Of a DNA stretch of 32,000 nt, positions 15,728-24,765 are shown piece after piece. The DNA lies in the NCBI GenBank assembly GCA_030604855.1, contig JAUVVC010000002.1, positions 150,001-182,000 of the forward strand, written 5' to 3'. This DNA is from Erysipelotrichaceae bacterium (GTDB taxonomy: Bacteria > Bacillota_I > Bacilli_A > Erysipelotrichales > Erysipelotrichaceae). A program made the translations under genes and the position numbers. The notes below the pieces were generated by a model. The model searched no databases. It was not told the DNA's origin and was given only the letters and a program-made list of their open reading frames with translations. Positions within the stretch are counted from its first letter, which is position 1; each line of letters begins with the position of its first letter.

Positions 15728-18727
15728 TTATGGGGTTGTAGCGGTTCCTTCAAGCGTGTATTGAATACCACCAGCATTCTTGATGGCACTCAACTTAAGA
15801 GTTGTTGGAGTTGTATAGGTGTTGGTTCCTACTGTCACACTGATGACTTTACCACTTGTGGCTGTGCCAGTACGAGTACATAGATTGTATGTAGCACAAT
15901 AGGAAGGAAGAGTGTCTGCTGTTTTGCTCAATAGATCACCCAGGTTGATGTCTTTATCTTTGATAAGAGTGACGGTGAAGCTGAGTTGATCTTTTTTACT
16001 GGTTTCATAGGATGTGTTTTGAAGATTTGGATTCAGCTCCGCAATCTTACCAATCAATGCGATTTCATCGGCGTTGCGTGGTTCGATTTCGGTAATTGGG
16101 AATTTCGTTGCGCTCAACTGATTGTCTGAAATCCATTGATTGAGCGTACTGATGGGTTGACCAATGAGTTCAGGGATATTGATGAACATATCTTTCATGC
16201 TATAGCTCGTACAGAGCTCTGAGCTGTTGATTTCGACATAATCATAACCATAGTACCCGCAGGCATTTACGACGGAATTTGGACCTACTGCGATGGTTGT
16301 ACTGAGTGTGCTAGTGGATGATTTCAAGACATCCACGACATTCCCATCGATACTGACGCGTACTTTGTACACGATCGGGCCATAGAGCCAAGAATAATCA
16401 AAGAGACGACGACCCGTTGCTTGAACCACCTTACCATTGACTTCAAGGTAAAGTTCTTTGGTGTCCGGGGCAAGGATCATTGCGTTCGCATCCGGATAAT
16501 CATTCAATTTAAATGTAAAGGTACGATTGTTGCCAGAACTCGTCGCAGTGCCATTGAACGATGATGGTGCATAAACGCTTGGTGTAGGAAGGCTTGCTAG
16601 ATTGGCGTATTCAGATTTGATCAAACCGGTCACGACCAAACTTGGATTGGTATTCGCATTTGGTGCGACATAAGGATAGACGCCGACGACATGCGTGATG
16701 TCGATGACATCACGTGGACGTTGAACCGCACTTGGGTTCGGTCGATTCTGATAGAGGGAGTTCAATACTTGATTGCTTACTTTACCAGGAAGATTCATGT
16801 TGATTTGAGCTTGATTCATGTACGAGATCTGATCTTTCACAGCTTTGTCGTAACCCACCCAGACAGCCGTCGTGAATTCACTGGTGGAACTCAACATCCA
16901 TTTGTCTTTCGCAGCACCGGCTGGAATTCCAAATTCAACTCCTGTATTGCCCCAATCCGAAGTTCCGGTTTTGGCATAGACAGGGAAATTACGCTTCAAG
17001 ATCTGCATGAAATTGAAATATGGACCTGAGACATTCTGTTCCATCATGCTTGCGGTCATATAAGCTGCTTCAGCAGAGAGGCTGGTCGTAGAGGTATAAC
17101 TTGGTGTGATCGGTTCTTTACCATCCAAGAATTCAATCCGGGTGACCGTATGGGGTTGAATATAAGTTCCACCACTCACGATACTGGCTTGCGCACCAGC
17201 CAGTTGAAGGGGAGATGCCTCAAAACTTGAACCTCCAATACCATATCCGATGTCAAAACTTCCGGTTGTGACTTGAGTGAAGCCGATACTGTTCAAATAA
17301 CTGACGACTTTACGGGCACCAATCGTATCCACGACGCTTTGAAGGGTCTGGATTGCCGGAATGTTCAATGAATTTCCAATAGCTTGAGGGACAAGAACGT
17401 CACCTCGATAGACGTTATCAAAGTTCTTAACGATGACATCGGTCCCGACATACTGAATCGGTTTGTCTTCCAACATATGTTGGGTCGACCATCCAAGATG
17501 TTCAAACGCCAGAGGGTAGGTAAGAAATGTTTTAACCGAAGAACCTGGTTGACGTCGCATGTCGATCGCACGATTCAATAAACGTTCACCATTGTAAAAG
17601 CGACCGCCACCGATACCGATGATCTCACCGGTTTTATTGTTCATGGTCACAATTGCGGTTTGAATGATCTCATTTGGCCATTCGACGCTCTTGTTCTCAC
17701 CATTTTGAATGGCTTCGATGGTTTCTTGGAGATTTCTATCCATGGTTGTATAGATGCGCATCGGGATATCGACCGGATCCAATCCCGTCAAAGCTTTGAC
17801 TTCTGCCACAGCCGCATCGACGTAGGCTTGATACGGGAAGGCATTCGCACTATTCTTTGTGTTGCCGACCAAGAGATTCTCAAGTGGTGTGTCGACGGCG
17901 AGTTGATATTCACTCTTTGTGATATAACCGTGATATTCCATTAAATCAAGAACGATGCTGGTCCGCTTTTCGGCATTTTCAAGGTTATAGATCGGATTGT
18001 ATAAATTTGGCGCATTGATGATTCCGGCAAGCATCGCTGCCTCCAGTAGATTCACATCTTCGATATTTTTCCCAAAATAGAATTGAGCGGCGGTTTGAAT
18101 GCCTCGTTTGTTTCCAGGAACACCGTAATTGATACGGTTTAAATAGAGCTCGAGGATCCGTTTCTTACTGATGATCTTTTCTGCTTGAATGGCGACATGG
18201 ATCTCACGAATCTTACGATTGACACCGGCCAATCCAGAACGAACGGCCGTCGCTTCCTCTGTTTCGAAATAGGTCCCTTTGACCAACTGCATGGTAAAGG
18301 TTGAACCCCCTTGTCCAAAACTCAAAGTACGAATGTTTTCGAACATGGCTTTGGTGAAACGTGGGATATCAAATCCATTATGTTCAAAGAAACGGGAATC
18401 TTCAACAGCAACAAAGGCATCGATGACGACTTGAGGAAGTTCATCATAGCTGATGTTTTCGCGGATTTGATAACCAATGTCCGCAATCTGATTTCCGTCC
18501 GAGTCGAATACTTTGGAACTATCAGAGGTGACGAAATCGGAACTGTTCAGTGTGGGTGCATCTTTCAGAACCGTTGCAATGTAGATGATTCCACTTGTGG
18601 CAACAAGAATGGCCAACACTAAGAATACCGACACAAGGATGGCGAGTTTGTTTTTCAGGGACTGCTTTTTAGTTGTTTTGTCCGTTTTATTTTTATTAAG
18701 CGATTTAAAGAGTTTGAGTTTCTTCAT
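15728..18727 (-). CDS. ponA: Class A penicillin-binding protein (PBP1A type, glycosyltransferase + transpeptidase) with a long C-terminal extension
   Basis: N-terminal TM anchor. GT51 motifs VEDSRFFEHNGFD, GGSTFTMQLVK and RKIRE. Transpeptidase motifs SSVK (SxxK), SLN (SxN) and KTGTS. About 330 additional C-terminal residues. ATGA overlap with recU, as in the Bacillus recU-ponA operon. Confidence 0.9.
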   Translation of the reverse strand: MKKLKLFKSLNKNKTDKTTKKQSLKNKLAILVSVFLVLAILVATSGIIYIATVLKDAPTLNSSDFVTSDSSKVFDSDGNQIADIGYQIRENISYDELPQVVIDAFVAVEDSRFFEHNGFDIPRFTKAMFENIRTLSFGQGGSTFTMQLVKGTYFETEEATAVRSGLAGVNRKIREIHVAIQAEKIISKKRILELYLNRINYGVPGNKRGIQTAAQFYFGKNIEDVNLLEAAMLAGIINAPNLYNPIYNLENAEKRTSIVLDLMEYHGYITKSEYQLAVDTPLENLLVGNTKNSANAFPYQAYVDAAVAEVKALTGLDPVDIPMRIYTTMDRNLQETIEAIQNGENKSVEWPNEIIQTAIVTMNNKTGEIIGIGGGRFYNGERLLNRAIDMRRQPGSSVKTFLTYPLAFEHLGWSTQHMLEDKPIQYVGTDVIVKNFDNVYRGDVLVPQAIGNSLNIPAIQTLQSVVDTIGARKVVSYLNSIGFTQVTTGSFDIGYGIGGSSFEASPLQLAGAQASIVSGGTYIQPHTVTRIEFLDGKEPITPSYTSTTSLSAEAAYMTASMMEQNVSGPYFNFMQILKRNFPVYAKTGTSDWGNTGVEFGIPAGAAKDKWMLSSTSEFTTAVWVGYDKAVKDQISYMNQAQINMNLPGKVSNQVLNSLYQNRPNPSAVQRPRDVIDITHVVGVYPYVAPNANTNPSLVVTGLIKSEYANLASLPTPSVYAPSSFNGTATSSGNNRTFTFKLNDYPDANAMILAPDTKELYLEVNGKVVQATGRRLFDYSWLYGPIVYKVRVSIDGNVVDVLKSSTSTLSTTIAVGPNSVVNACGYYGYDYVEINSSELCTSYSMKDMFINIPELIGQPISTLNQWISDNQLSATKFPITEIEPRNADEIALIGKIAELNPNLQNTSYETSKKDQLSFTVTLIKDKDINLGDLLSKTADTLPSYCATYNLCTRTGTATSGKVISVTVGTNTYTTPTTLKLSAIKNAGGIQYTLEGTATTP

Positions 18728-19308
18728 TTAGAGGCTCCTTTAAAGAAGGTGGAATCAATCACATTGAGGTAATTGACGGGGGGTGTCAAAGAAAAAGGAA
18801 TCGGGTATGCATGCTCTTTGATCCATACATAGGGAATGGATTTGCGCTCATGTTCTTTCAAGAAATGATCGAAATCCTTTAAATATAGGAGAAAGGTCTC
18901 ATCATAGGCGACGAAACGGAGAATCAAGAAGCTTAGGCCACCATGATGTTCAACACTTCGCATGTGTTGCAGTTGGTGGGGATGTATGTTCTTAAGTGGG
19001 AATGCCGTTAAAGACTTGGTTTCCTTGGCTTCAAAGTCAATGGCAGTTCCTCGATAGACACCATTGTAATCCGTTGTGCTGGGGATTTTATAATAGGCTT
19101 CTCGAATACATGCTTTGTTGCGGGAAGGATAGTCCACTTTGACAACGGTGATCGGTGTCGGTTTCTTATGGATGTTGGCTCGATTCAGATCTAGATAATA
19201 CTGATTGGTCTGGTTCAAGTCATCTTCAAGATTTGCACCACGTTGAAAATGAGGTTCTTTGATTCCTGGTTTAATCGTTGCTTTTTTACCGTTTGGATAG
19301 TTCACCAT
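18724..19308 (-). CDS. recU: Holliday junction resolvase RecU
   Basis: From MVNYPNGKK the sequence tracks B. subtilis RecU (MIRYPNGK...LEDDLNxTNxYYL...IHKKPTP...DF.G). The track's start at 19428 adds 40 non-homologous residues and runs into the gpsB start region. Confidence 0.88.
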   Translation of the reverse strand: MVNYPNGKKATIKPGIKEPHFQRGANLEDDLNQTNQYYLDLNRANIHKKPTPITVVKVDYPSRNKACIREAYYKIPSTTDYNGVYRGTAIDFEAKETKSLTAFPLKNIHPHQLQHMRSVEHHGGLSFLILRFVAYDETFLLYLKDFDHFLKEHERKSIPYVWIKEHAYPIPFSLTPPVNYLNVIDSTFFKGASK

Positions 19309-19373
19309 ATTTTTAACAGTCTTATTATAGCTAAAAGGCTTAAACAATACTAGTTTATGGGAATGGAGCATCC

Positions 19374-19402
19374 TTGTATTCAGTGTGCAAATTTGGTTTA
19401 AT
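19374..19402 (+). promoter_or_regulatory. Candidate promoter for gpsB (and possibly rnpB)
   Basis: TTGTAT, 17 nt, TGgTTTAAT (extended -10), about 20 nt upstream of ATG 19422. Confidence 0.4.
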
Positions 19403-19421
19403 AAAGGTGTTGGGTACGAAA

Positions 19422-19733
19422 ATGGCAAAATTAACAGATCAGATTATTTTTAACAAGAGTTTCAATGTGGAGTTCAAAGGGTATTCTACTATAGAGGTGG
19501 ATACGTTTTTGGATCAAGTGATCTTGGATTATCAATACTATCAATTCGAAATGAAAAAGATGCAGGAAAGCTTGCAGACTTTGCAACAACAGAATGCCAT
19601 ACTTCAAGCACGCTTGATCGAAGCGGAAGGAAGATTGGATCTGTATCAAAACAATCAGGAGAGTGCTCCTATGAGTCAATCCGATCTATTGAAAAGACTT
19701 GCCAAATTGGAACAAGAAGTTTATCATAAGTAA
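19422..19733 (+). CDS. gpsB: Cell-cycle protein GpsB (DivIVA-domain)
   Basis: MAKLTDQIIFNKSFNVEFKGYSTIEVDTFLDQVILDY is a DivIVA/GpsB N-terminal domain, followed by a coiled coil and a C-terminal LLKRLAKLEQEV motif. It is divergent from recU and adjacent to rnpB, as in B. subtilis. Confidence 0.85.
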   Translation: MAKLTDQIIFNKSFNVEFKGYSTIEVDTFLDQVILDYQYYQFEMKKMQESLQTLQQQNAILQARLIEAEGRLDLYQNNQESAPMSQSDLLKRLAKLEQEVYHK

Positions 19734-20074
19734 TTGCATCGAAGGCAATCGCTGGTCGACAGACTAGAGGAAAGTCCATGCTCGCACCTTCTGCGATGAA
19801 GGTAGTGTTTATGCTAAATAAAAAAATAAATTTAGGCAGGCAACTGACGGCAGAGTCAATCCTAAGGCGCAAGCTATGGAAGCGCTCTTGAAAGTGCCAC
19901 AGTGACGTAGTCTTTCGGGAAACGGAAAGAGTGGAACGCGGTAAACCCCATAAGCGAGAAACCCAAATTTGGTAGGGGAACTTCAAAGACCAAACTGAAG
20001 GTCGATGAGGACAGCAATGTAGATAGATGATTGCCCCTGGAAACAGGACAGAACATGGCTTACACGGTGCATAA
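19734..20074 (+). ncRNA. rnpB: RNase P RNA, bacterial type B
   Basis: Near-identical blocks to B. subtilis rnpB: GAGGAAAGTCCATGCTCGCAC, CTTGAAAGTGCCACAGTGACG, AGTGGAACGCGGTAAACCCC, AGCGAGAAACCCAAATTTGGTAGGGGAAC, GTAGATAGATGATTGCC and ACAGAACATGGCTTACA. Terminal P1 pairing is TGCATCG/CGGTGCA. The ends are approximate (+/- 5 nt). Confidence 0.93.
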
Positions 20075-20080
20075 AATTGA

Positions 20081-20107
20081 AAATGGGAGACAACTTCCAT
20101 TTTTTTT
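20081..20107 (+). terminator. Intrinsic terminator after rnpB
   Basis: AAATGGGAG-ACAA-CTTCCATTT stem (one G-U pair) followed by a run of T residues (to 20107). Confidence 0.75.
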
Positions 20108-20133
20108 ATACAATTGTTTTTTAATGGTATAAT
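20105..20133 (+). promoter_or_regulatory. Candidate promoter for rodZ-pgsA-cinA(-recA)
   Basis: TTTATA, 17 nt, TGgTATAAT (20125-20133), then TAGGAG SD and ATG 20154. Confidence 0.6.
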
Positions 20134-20153
20134 AACAAAAGTAGGAGTAAAGC

Positions 20154-21026
20154 ATGCAGGAAATAGGTCTAAAACTTAAGGAAAGAAGAGAAGAATTGGG
20201 TTTCACTTTAAGGCAGATGAGCGATAAGACGCGTGTTCCAATTGGTAAGCTTGAGGCCATCGAAGCCGGTGACTTGAAGCGTTTGGAGAATGATTTGTCT
20301 TATGTTCGTTTTTATGTGCGTTATTATTGCAATGCCTTACATATTGATTTTGAAGAAGTGCGCGAACACTTGGACGCAAGTTTGGATGAGTATTCCAACA
20401 CGACAAAGATGATCAAGTTGACGGAAGTCAATGAAATGAGTGAACGTATCCAAGAACGTGCGATGAACCTCAATCGTTCGAAGCGTAAGAAATGGGATGT
20501 TTCCCTGATCACGTTTATCGTATCGGTGATTGTTTTGATCATAACCTTAATTCTTGTTTTCATTTTTCTGATTTTACCGAATTTGAATCAAGCCAAGGAT
20601 CCAGTGCTCATCAATCCACAGATTCCTCAACCAATCGAGCCTTCTCCGACAACACCGGATGAGACGCCTGTTGTGGAGGAGCTTGTGCTTTCGCTCAATC
20701 AAATCGATGCTTTGAATTATGAAATTGCAGGTTTTGAAGAAGATGAGGAGCTCAGTTTAGTGGTGAATTTCGCTTCGAATGCTTATGTGCGTATATCCGT
20801 CAACGGCGATTCAGCAGTCAATCTACCGAGTAAGCTCTATAACGCTGGAACAAGCTTGGATTTCAAGTTCAAGGCAAGTGAAGCCACGACCTTGGAAATC
20901 TACATTGGCTGGATGAATGGCAATACGATGTTTCTGAATGATTTGAGTGTGCCTTTGAATGCGGAGATCGCAACGCGAAATGGTTCGGTCACACTGACAT
21001 TCAAATGTGTAGGAGAAAGCGCATGA
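20154..21026 (+). CDS. rodZ: RodZ-like cytoskeleton/morphogenesis protein (HTH + TM + C-terminal domain; YmfM-like)
   Basis: N-terminal XRE-type HTH (IGLKLKERREELGFTLRQMSDKTRVPIGKLEAIEAG), a basic juxtamembrane stretch, one TM helix, a Pro-rich linker and a beta-rich C-terminal domain. Located upstream of pgsA-cinA-recA, as is B. subtilis ymfM. Confidence 0.75.
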   Translation: MQEIGLKLKERREELGFTLRQMSDKTRVPIGKLEAIEAGDLKRLENDLSYVRFYVRYYCNALHIDFEEVREHLDASLDEYSNTTKMIKLTEVNEMSERIQERAMNLNRSKRKKWDVSLITFIVSVIVLIITLILVFIFLILPNLNQAKDPVLINPQIPQPIEPSPTTPDETPVVEELVLSLNQIDALNYEIAGFEEDEELSLVVNFASNAYVRISVNGDSAVNLPSKLYNAGTSLDFKFKASEATTLEIYIGWMNGNTMFLNDLSVPLNAEIATRNGSVTLTFKCVGESA

Positions 21027-21616
21027 ATCTACCCAATCGTTTGACTTTGATTCGACTTTTGTTCATTCCGGTTATTGTGTTTTTTGCGACATTTCCGTTC
21101 GCACAATTCAATATCGTCTTTGGCTACATAAAATATGAATTTGTAAGTCTACCTGTGGTCAATCTGATCATCTTGGCTTTATTCACCTTGGCAAGCATCA
21201 CGGATTTCTTGGATGGCTATCTTGCACGCAAGAACAATCAAGTCACAACCTTCGGGAAGTTCGTCGATCCGATCGCAGATAAACTTTTGGTCAATACGGT
21301 GTTCATTCTATTCGCATATCAAGGGGTCGTGCCGGTGATTGCGGTTTTGATCTTGATCTGGCGTGATACCGTAGTCGAGGGCATTCGCATGATTGCAGCA
21401 CGTAATGGTGTGACGATTGCGGCAGCTTTTTTGGGTAAAGTGAAGACGGTGGCTCAAATGCTTACGATTATTTTGTATCTCGCAGGCAATCTACCATTTG
21501 AATTGGTTCAATTACCTGTACATGAGTTGATGTTGTGGTTTACGGTAATCATTTCGGTGCTGAGCGGCGTATCTTATTTTATTCAAGCCAAGGATATGAT
21601 CCTTGAATCGATGTGA
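21023..21616 (+). CDS. pgsA: CDP-diacylglycerol--glycerol-3-phosphate 3-phosphatidyltransferase
   Basis: CDP-alcohol phosphatidyltransferase motif DFLDGYLARKNNQVTTFGKFVDPIADK, with multiple TM helices. Start at ATG 21023 (TAGGAG SD, ATGA overlap with rodZ). The 21005 start is probably an extension. Confidence 0.9.
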   Translation: MNLPNRLTLIRLLFIPVIVFFATFPFAQFNIVFGYIKYEFVSLPVVNLIILALFTLASITDFLDGYLARKNNQVTTFGKFVDPIADKLLVNTVFILFAYQGVVPVIAVLILIWRDTVVEGIRMIAARNGVTIAAAFLGKVKTVAQMLTIILYLAGNLPFELVQLPVHELMLWFTVIISVLSGVSYFIQAKDMILESM

Positions 21617-22083
21617 TGAAGGACTTGGTGGATTTGCTGATTGAAAAGCGTCTAAACATCAGTACCTGTGAGAGTTTCACAGCAGGCTTGTTTGCTTATG
21701 AACTGGGGCGGATACCTGGTGTGTCTGCTGTTTTTCGAGGATCGTTGATTGCTTATCAATCTGAAATCAAAGAACGCTTACTCAACATCGATCCATCGAT
21801 CTTTGATCGATTTGGTGTTGTGAGTCAAGAAATGGCTGAACAGATGGCACGTTCGTGCCAACAAATGTTCAAAAGCGATGTTTGTGTTTCGTTCACAGGC
21901 AATGCCGGACCTGAGGTCATGGAGGGCAAGGTCTGTGGTTTATGGTATGCTTGTGTTCGGATACGCGATGATCAATTTGCTTTTACGTTTCAAGAGTCCA
22001 TGCAGCGTAATGAGCTGCAAGTTCATGCGGTAGAAGTCATAAAAAATAAAATAATTGAATTAATTAGGGATATGCCGAACTAA
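21616..22083 (+). CDS. pncC: CinA C-terminal domain protein (nicotinamide-nucleotide amidohydrolase PncC-like), stand-alone
   Basis: About 155 aa; LNISTCESFTAGLFAYEL...GSLIAYQSEIKERLLNI...VSFTGNAGP matches the CinA/PncC C-terminal domain. The N-terminal MoCF-biosynthesis-like domain of full-length CinA is absent. GTG 21613 is an alternative start. Confidence 0.8.
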   Translation: MKDLVDLLIEKRLNISTCESFTAGLFAYELGRIPGVSAVFRGSLIAYQSEIKERLLNIDPSIFDRFGVVSQEMAEQMARSCQQMFKSDVCVSFTGNAGPEVMEGKVCGLWYACVRIRDDQFAFTFQESMQRNELQVHAVEVIKNKIIELIRDMPN

Positions 22084-22108
22084 AGCATATTAAACAGAAG
22101 AGGAACCT

Positions 22109-23125
22109 ATGGAAAATAAAAAAGATGTTTTATTAGAGGATGCATTAAAACAGATTCAAAAACAGTATGGTAAAGGTGCGGTCATGCGTTTGGGGGATCG
22201 TGCGAATGTGGAAATCGATGCCATCAGCAGTGGTTCGCTTGCGATCGACTATGCTTTAGGTGTCGGCGGCTATCCAAAAGGTCGTATCGTAGAGATTTAT
22301 GGTCCTGAGTCGAGCGGGAAGACCACATTAGCTTTGCATGCGATTGCGGAAGTTCAAAAGAAAGGTGGCAAAGCTGCGTTCATCGATGCGGAAAATGCCA
22401 TTGATCCGATGTATGCAAAAGCATTGGGTGTCAATATCGAAGACTTGATCCTATCGCAACCCGACAGTGGTGAGCAGGCTCTGGAGATCACTGAGATGTT
22501 GATTAAAAGCGGTGCGATCGATTTAATTGTCATAGACTCAGTTGCGGCTTTGGTTCCTCAAGCGGAATTGGATGGTGAGATGTCGGACTCGCATATGGGT
22601 CTGCAAGCACGTTTGATGTCCAAAGCGATGCGTAAATTAGCGGGAGTCATGAATCGTAGTGATTGTACGGCTATCTTTATCAATCAGCTGCGTGAGAAGA
22701 TTGGCGTCATGTTTGGCAATCCTGAGACGACGACTGGGGGGAAAGCTCTTAAGTTCTACGCTTCCATTCGTGTGGATGTTCGTAAGAGTGAAGCCATCAA
22801 GTCGGGAACAGACATTATTGGAAACAAGGTCAATGTTAAGATAGTAAAGAATAAGGTTGCGCCTCCGTTTAAAGTCGCAACAGTCGATATCATGTATGGC
22901 AAAGGAATCTCCCGTATTGGTGAAATGATTGAATTGGCGGTTGATCGCGAAATCATTCAAAAAGCAGGGGCTTGGTTCTCTTACAATGGCGAAAAGATTG
23001 GTCAAGGCAAAGAAGCAGCTCGTGCATTTTTACAAGCAAATCCTGTGATATGCAATACGATTGAAGTGGAATTGAAGCAAAAGCTCTTTGCAAAAGTTGT
23101 GGAAGAGGGTGAAGAAGGACGTTAA
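22109..23125 (+). CDS. recA: Recombinase RecA
   Basis: Unmistakable RecA sequence: [10 protein letters not shown], Walker [41 protein letters not shown]. 338 aa with no intein. Confidence 0.98.
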   Translation: MENKKDVLLEDALKQIQKQYGKGAVMRLGDRANVEIDAISSGSLAIDYALGVGGYPKGRIVEIYGPESSGKTTLALHAIAEVQKKGGKAAFIDAENAIDPMYAKALGVNIEDLILSQPDSGEQALEITEMLIKSGAIDLIVIDSVAALVPQAELDGEMSDSHMGLQARLMSKAMRKLAGVMNRSDCTAIFINQLREKIGVMFGNPETTTGGKALKFYASIRVDVRKSEAIKSGTDIIGNKVNVKIVKNKVAPPFKVATVDIMYGKGISRIGEMIELAVDREIIQKAGAWFSYNGEKIGQGKEAARAFLQANPVICNTIEVELKQKLFAKVVEEGEEGR

Positions 23126-23136
23126 GTCCTTTTTTG
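23113..23136 (+). terminator. Candidate intrinsic terminator after recA
   Basis: AAGGAC-GTTAA-GTCCTT 6-bp stem (the recA stop codon is in the loop) followed by TTTTTG. Confidence 0.55.
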
Positions 23137-23165
23137 TTGAGAAATGTTCCAAAATTAAGTATGAT
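23137..23165 (+). promoter_or_regulatory. Candidate promoter for rny-ymdB
   Basis: TTGAGA (23137-23142), 17 nt, TATGAT (23160-23165), upstream of GGAGGA SD and ATG 23206. Confidence 0.45.
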
Positions 23166-23205
23166 TATAAGTAGAGTTATCAAAACTCTAAGCTGGAGGA
23201 AAAAT

Positions 23206-24765
23206 ATGCGAGATTTACCATACTTTTTCGTCTTAGCTAGTATTATCGGTGGTTTTGCTTTGGGTGTCATCTTAATGGTGATCATTTCAAAGTTAGGATT
23301 AAATAGAGATCAACAAAAAGCAAAGCTTATTTTAGATGAAGCGAACATTAAAGCGGACAGTGCTTTACGTCAAGCGCAACTCGATGCGAAGACACAAGCT
23401 TATGATTTAAAATTAGCTGCAGAAAAAGAAATTAAGGAATCAAGACAATCGCTTCAAGAAGTTGAAGCCAAATTGAACCGTCGTGAAGACAGTCTTAATT
23501 TTCGTAATGAGACGTTGACCTCAAAAGAAAAAGAACTTGATACTAAAAATAAACAAGTTACCGAAAAATTAAATGTACTAGAGAAGATGGAGAAAACCCT
23601 GCAAGAGAAGATCGATGGGCAGGTTGTTGAGTTGGAGCGAATTGCCAATATGTCGGCAAGTGACGCTAAGCAGGAATTATTGGATATCGTTCGAGTAAGA
23701 ACACAGAACGAAGTTGAAGCATACATTCGTGACCAAGAAGAAGAGGCGAAATCAAAAGCTTCTGATATGGCACGTGAAATCATTGGATTGGCGATTCAAC
23801 GTTATGCGCAAGAAGAGACTTTGGAACGTACCGTTTCTGTTGTTGCCTTGCCTAATGAAGAGATGAAAGGTCGTATCATTGGTCGTGAAGGACGTAACAT
23901 CCGTGCGATCGAACAAGCGACTGGTGTCGATATCTTGATTGATGACACACCGGAAACCATTACCTTATCCTGTTTCGATCCAATTCGTCGTGAAGTGGCT
24001 CGATTGGCTTTGGAATCTTTGTTGAAAGATGGTCGTATCCAACCTGGACGTATCGAAGAGGTTGTCAATCGTGTTCAAAACGAATTGAATGAGACCATCC
24101 AAAAAGCAGGTGCAGATGCCGTCTTCAAAGTGGGTATCGGCAAGATCGACCGCGAAATCGTTGGTTTGATCGGACGTTTACGTTACCGTTACAGTTATGG
24201 ACAAAATGCATTGCAGCACAGCATGGAAGTTGCTTATTTGACGGGTATGATGGCTGCTGAATTAGGATTGAATCAAAATTTAGCCAAACGTGTTGGCTTG
24301 CTTCATGATATTGGGAAAGCATTGGATTTTGAAATGGAAGGTAGCCATGTGGAGTTGGGTGCTCGCATCTGTCGTAAACATGGGGAACATCCAGCCGTCA
24401 TCAATGCGATTGAATCCCATCATGGGGATGTGCCTGCGAATTCAATCTATGCGGTTTTAGCACAAGCAGCGGATACTTTGAGTGCCGCTCGTCCGGGTGC
24501 TCGTTTTGAGTCTTTCCAGAACTATATTCAACGTTTGGAACAGTTGGAAAAGATCGCCACATCCTTTGCAGGCGTAGAGAAAGTCTATGCGATTCAAGCA
24601 GGTCGTGAGATCCGCGTCATGGTCGTTCCGGATAAATTGGATGATTTAGCCTGTCATCGCGTCGCACGCGAAATTCGTGAGAAGATTGAAAAAGAAATGA
24701 CCTATCCTGGTCAAATTAAAGTCACGGTCATTCGTGAGACACGGACGTCAGAAGTAGCGAAATAA
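23206..24765 (+). CDS. rny: Ribonuclease Y
   Basis: N-terminal TM helix, long coiled coil, KH domain (GRIIGREGRNIRAIE) and HD domain (HSMEVAYL...LLHDIGK). Start at ATG 23206, preceded by GGAGGA. The track's 23134 start lies inside the recA terminator region. Confidence 0.93.
   Translation: MRDLPYFFVLASIIGGFALGVILMVIISKLGLNRDQQKAKLILDEANIKADSALRQAQLDAKTQAYDLKLAAEKEIKESRQSLQEVEAKLNRREDSLNFRNETLTSKEKELDTKNKQVTEKLNVLEKMEKTLQEKIDGQVVELERIANMSASDAKQELLDIVRVRTQNEVEAYIRDQEEEAKSKASDMAREIIGLAIQRYAQEETLERTVSVVALPNEEMKGRIIGREGRNIRAIEQATGVDILIDDTPETITLSCFDPIRREVARLALESLLKDGRIQPGRIEEVVNRVQNELNETIQKAGADAVFKVGIGKIDREIVGLIGRLRYRYSYGQNALQHSMEVAYLTGMMAAELGLNQNLAKRVGLLHDIGKALDFEMEGSHVELGARICRKHGEHPAVINAIESHHGDVPANSIYAVLAQAADTLSAARPGARFESFQNYIQRLEQLEKIATSFAGVEKVYAIQAGREIRVMVVPDKLDDLACHRVAREIREKIEKEMTYPGQIKVTVIRETRTSEVAK

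Noticed and set aside
19309-19428. 40-codon N-terminal extension of recU in the ORF track, and similar upstream extensions of yqeG (8815), pgsA (21005), rny (23134) and parC (5676)
   Set aside because: The extensions have no homology to the respective families. They overlap neighbouring genes, promoters or terminators. Internal ATGs with SDs or homology-fixed N-termini fit better.
19669-20260. Minus-strand ORFs (143, 60 and 66 aa) covering the gpsB-rodZ interval
   Set aside because: The interval is fully explained by RNase P RNA on the plus strand (long blocks matching the B. subtilis rnpB sequence). The ORFs are artefacts of a structured RNA gene.
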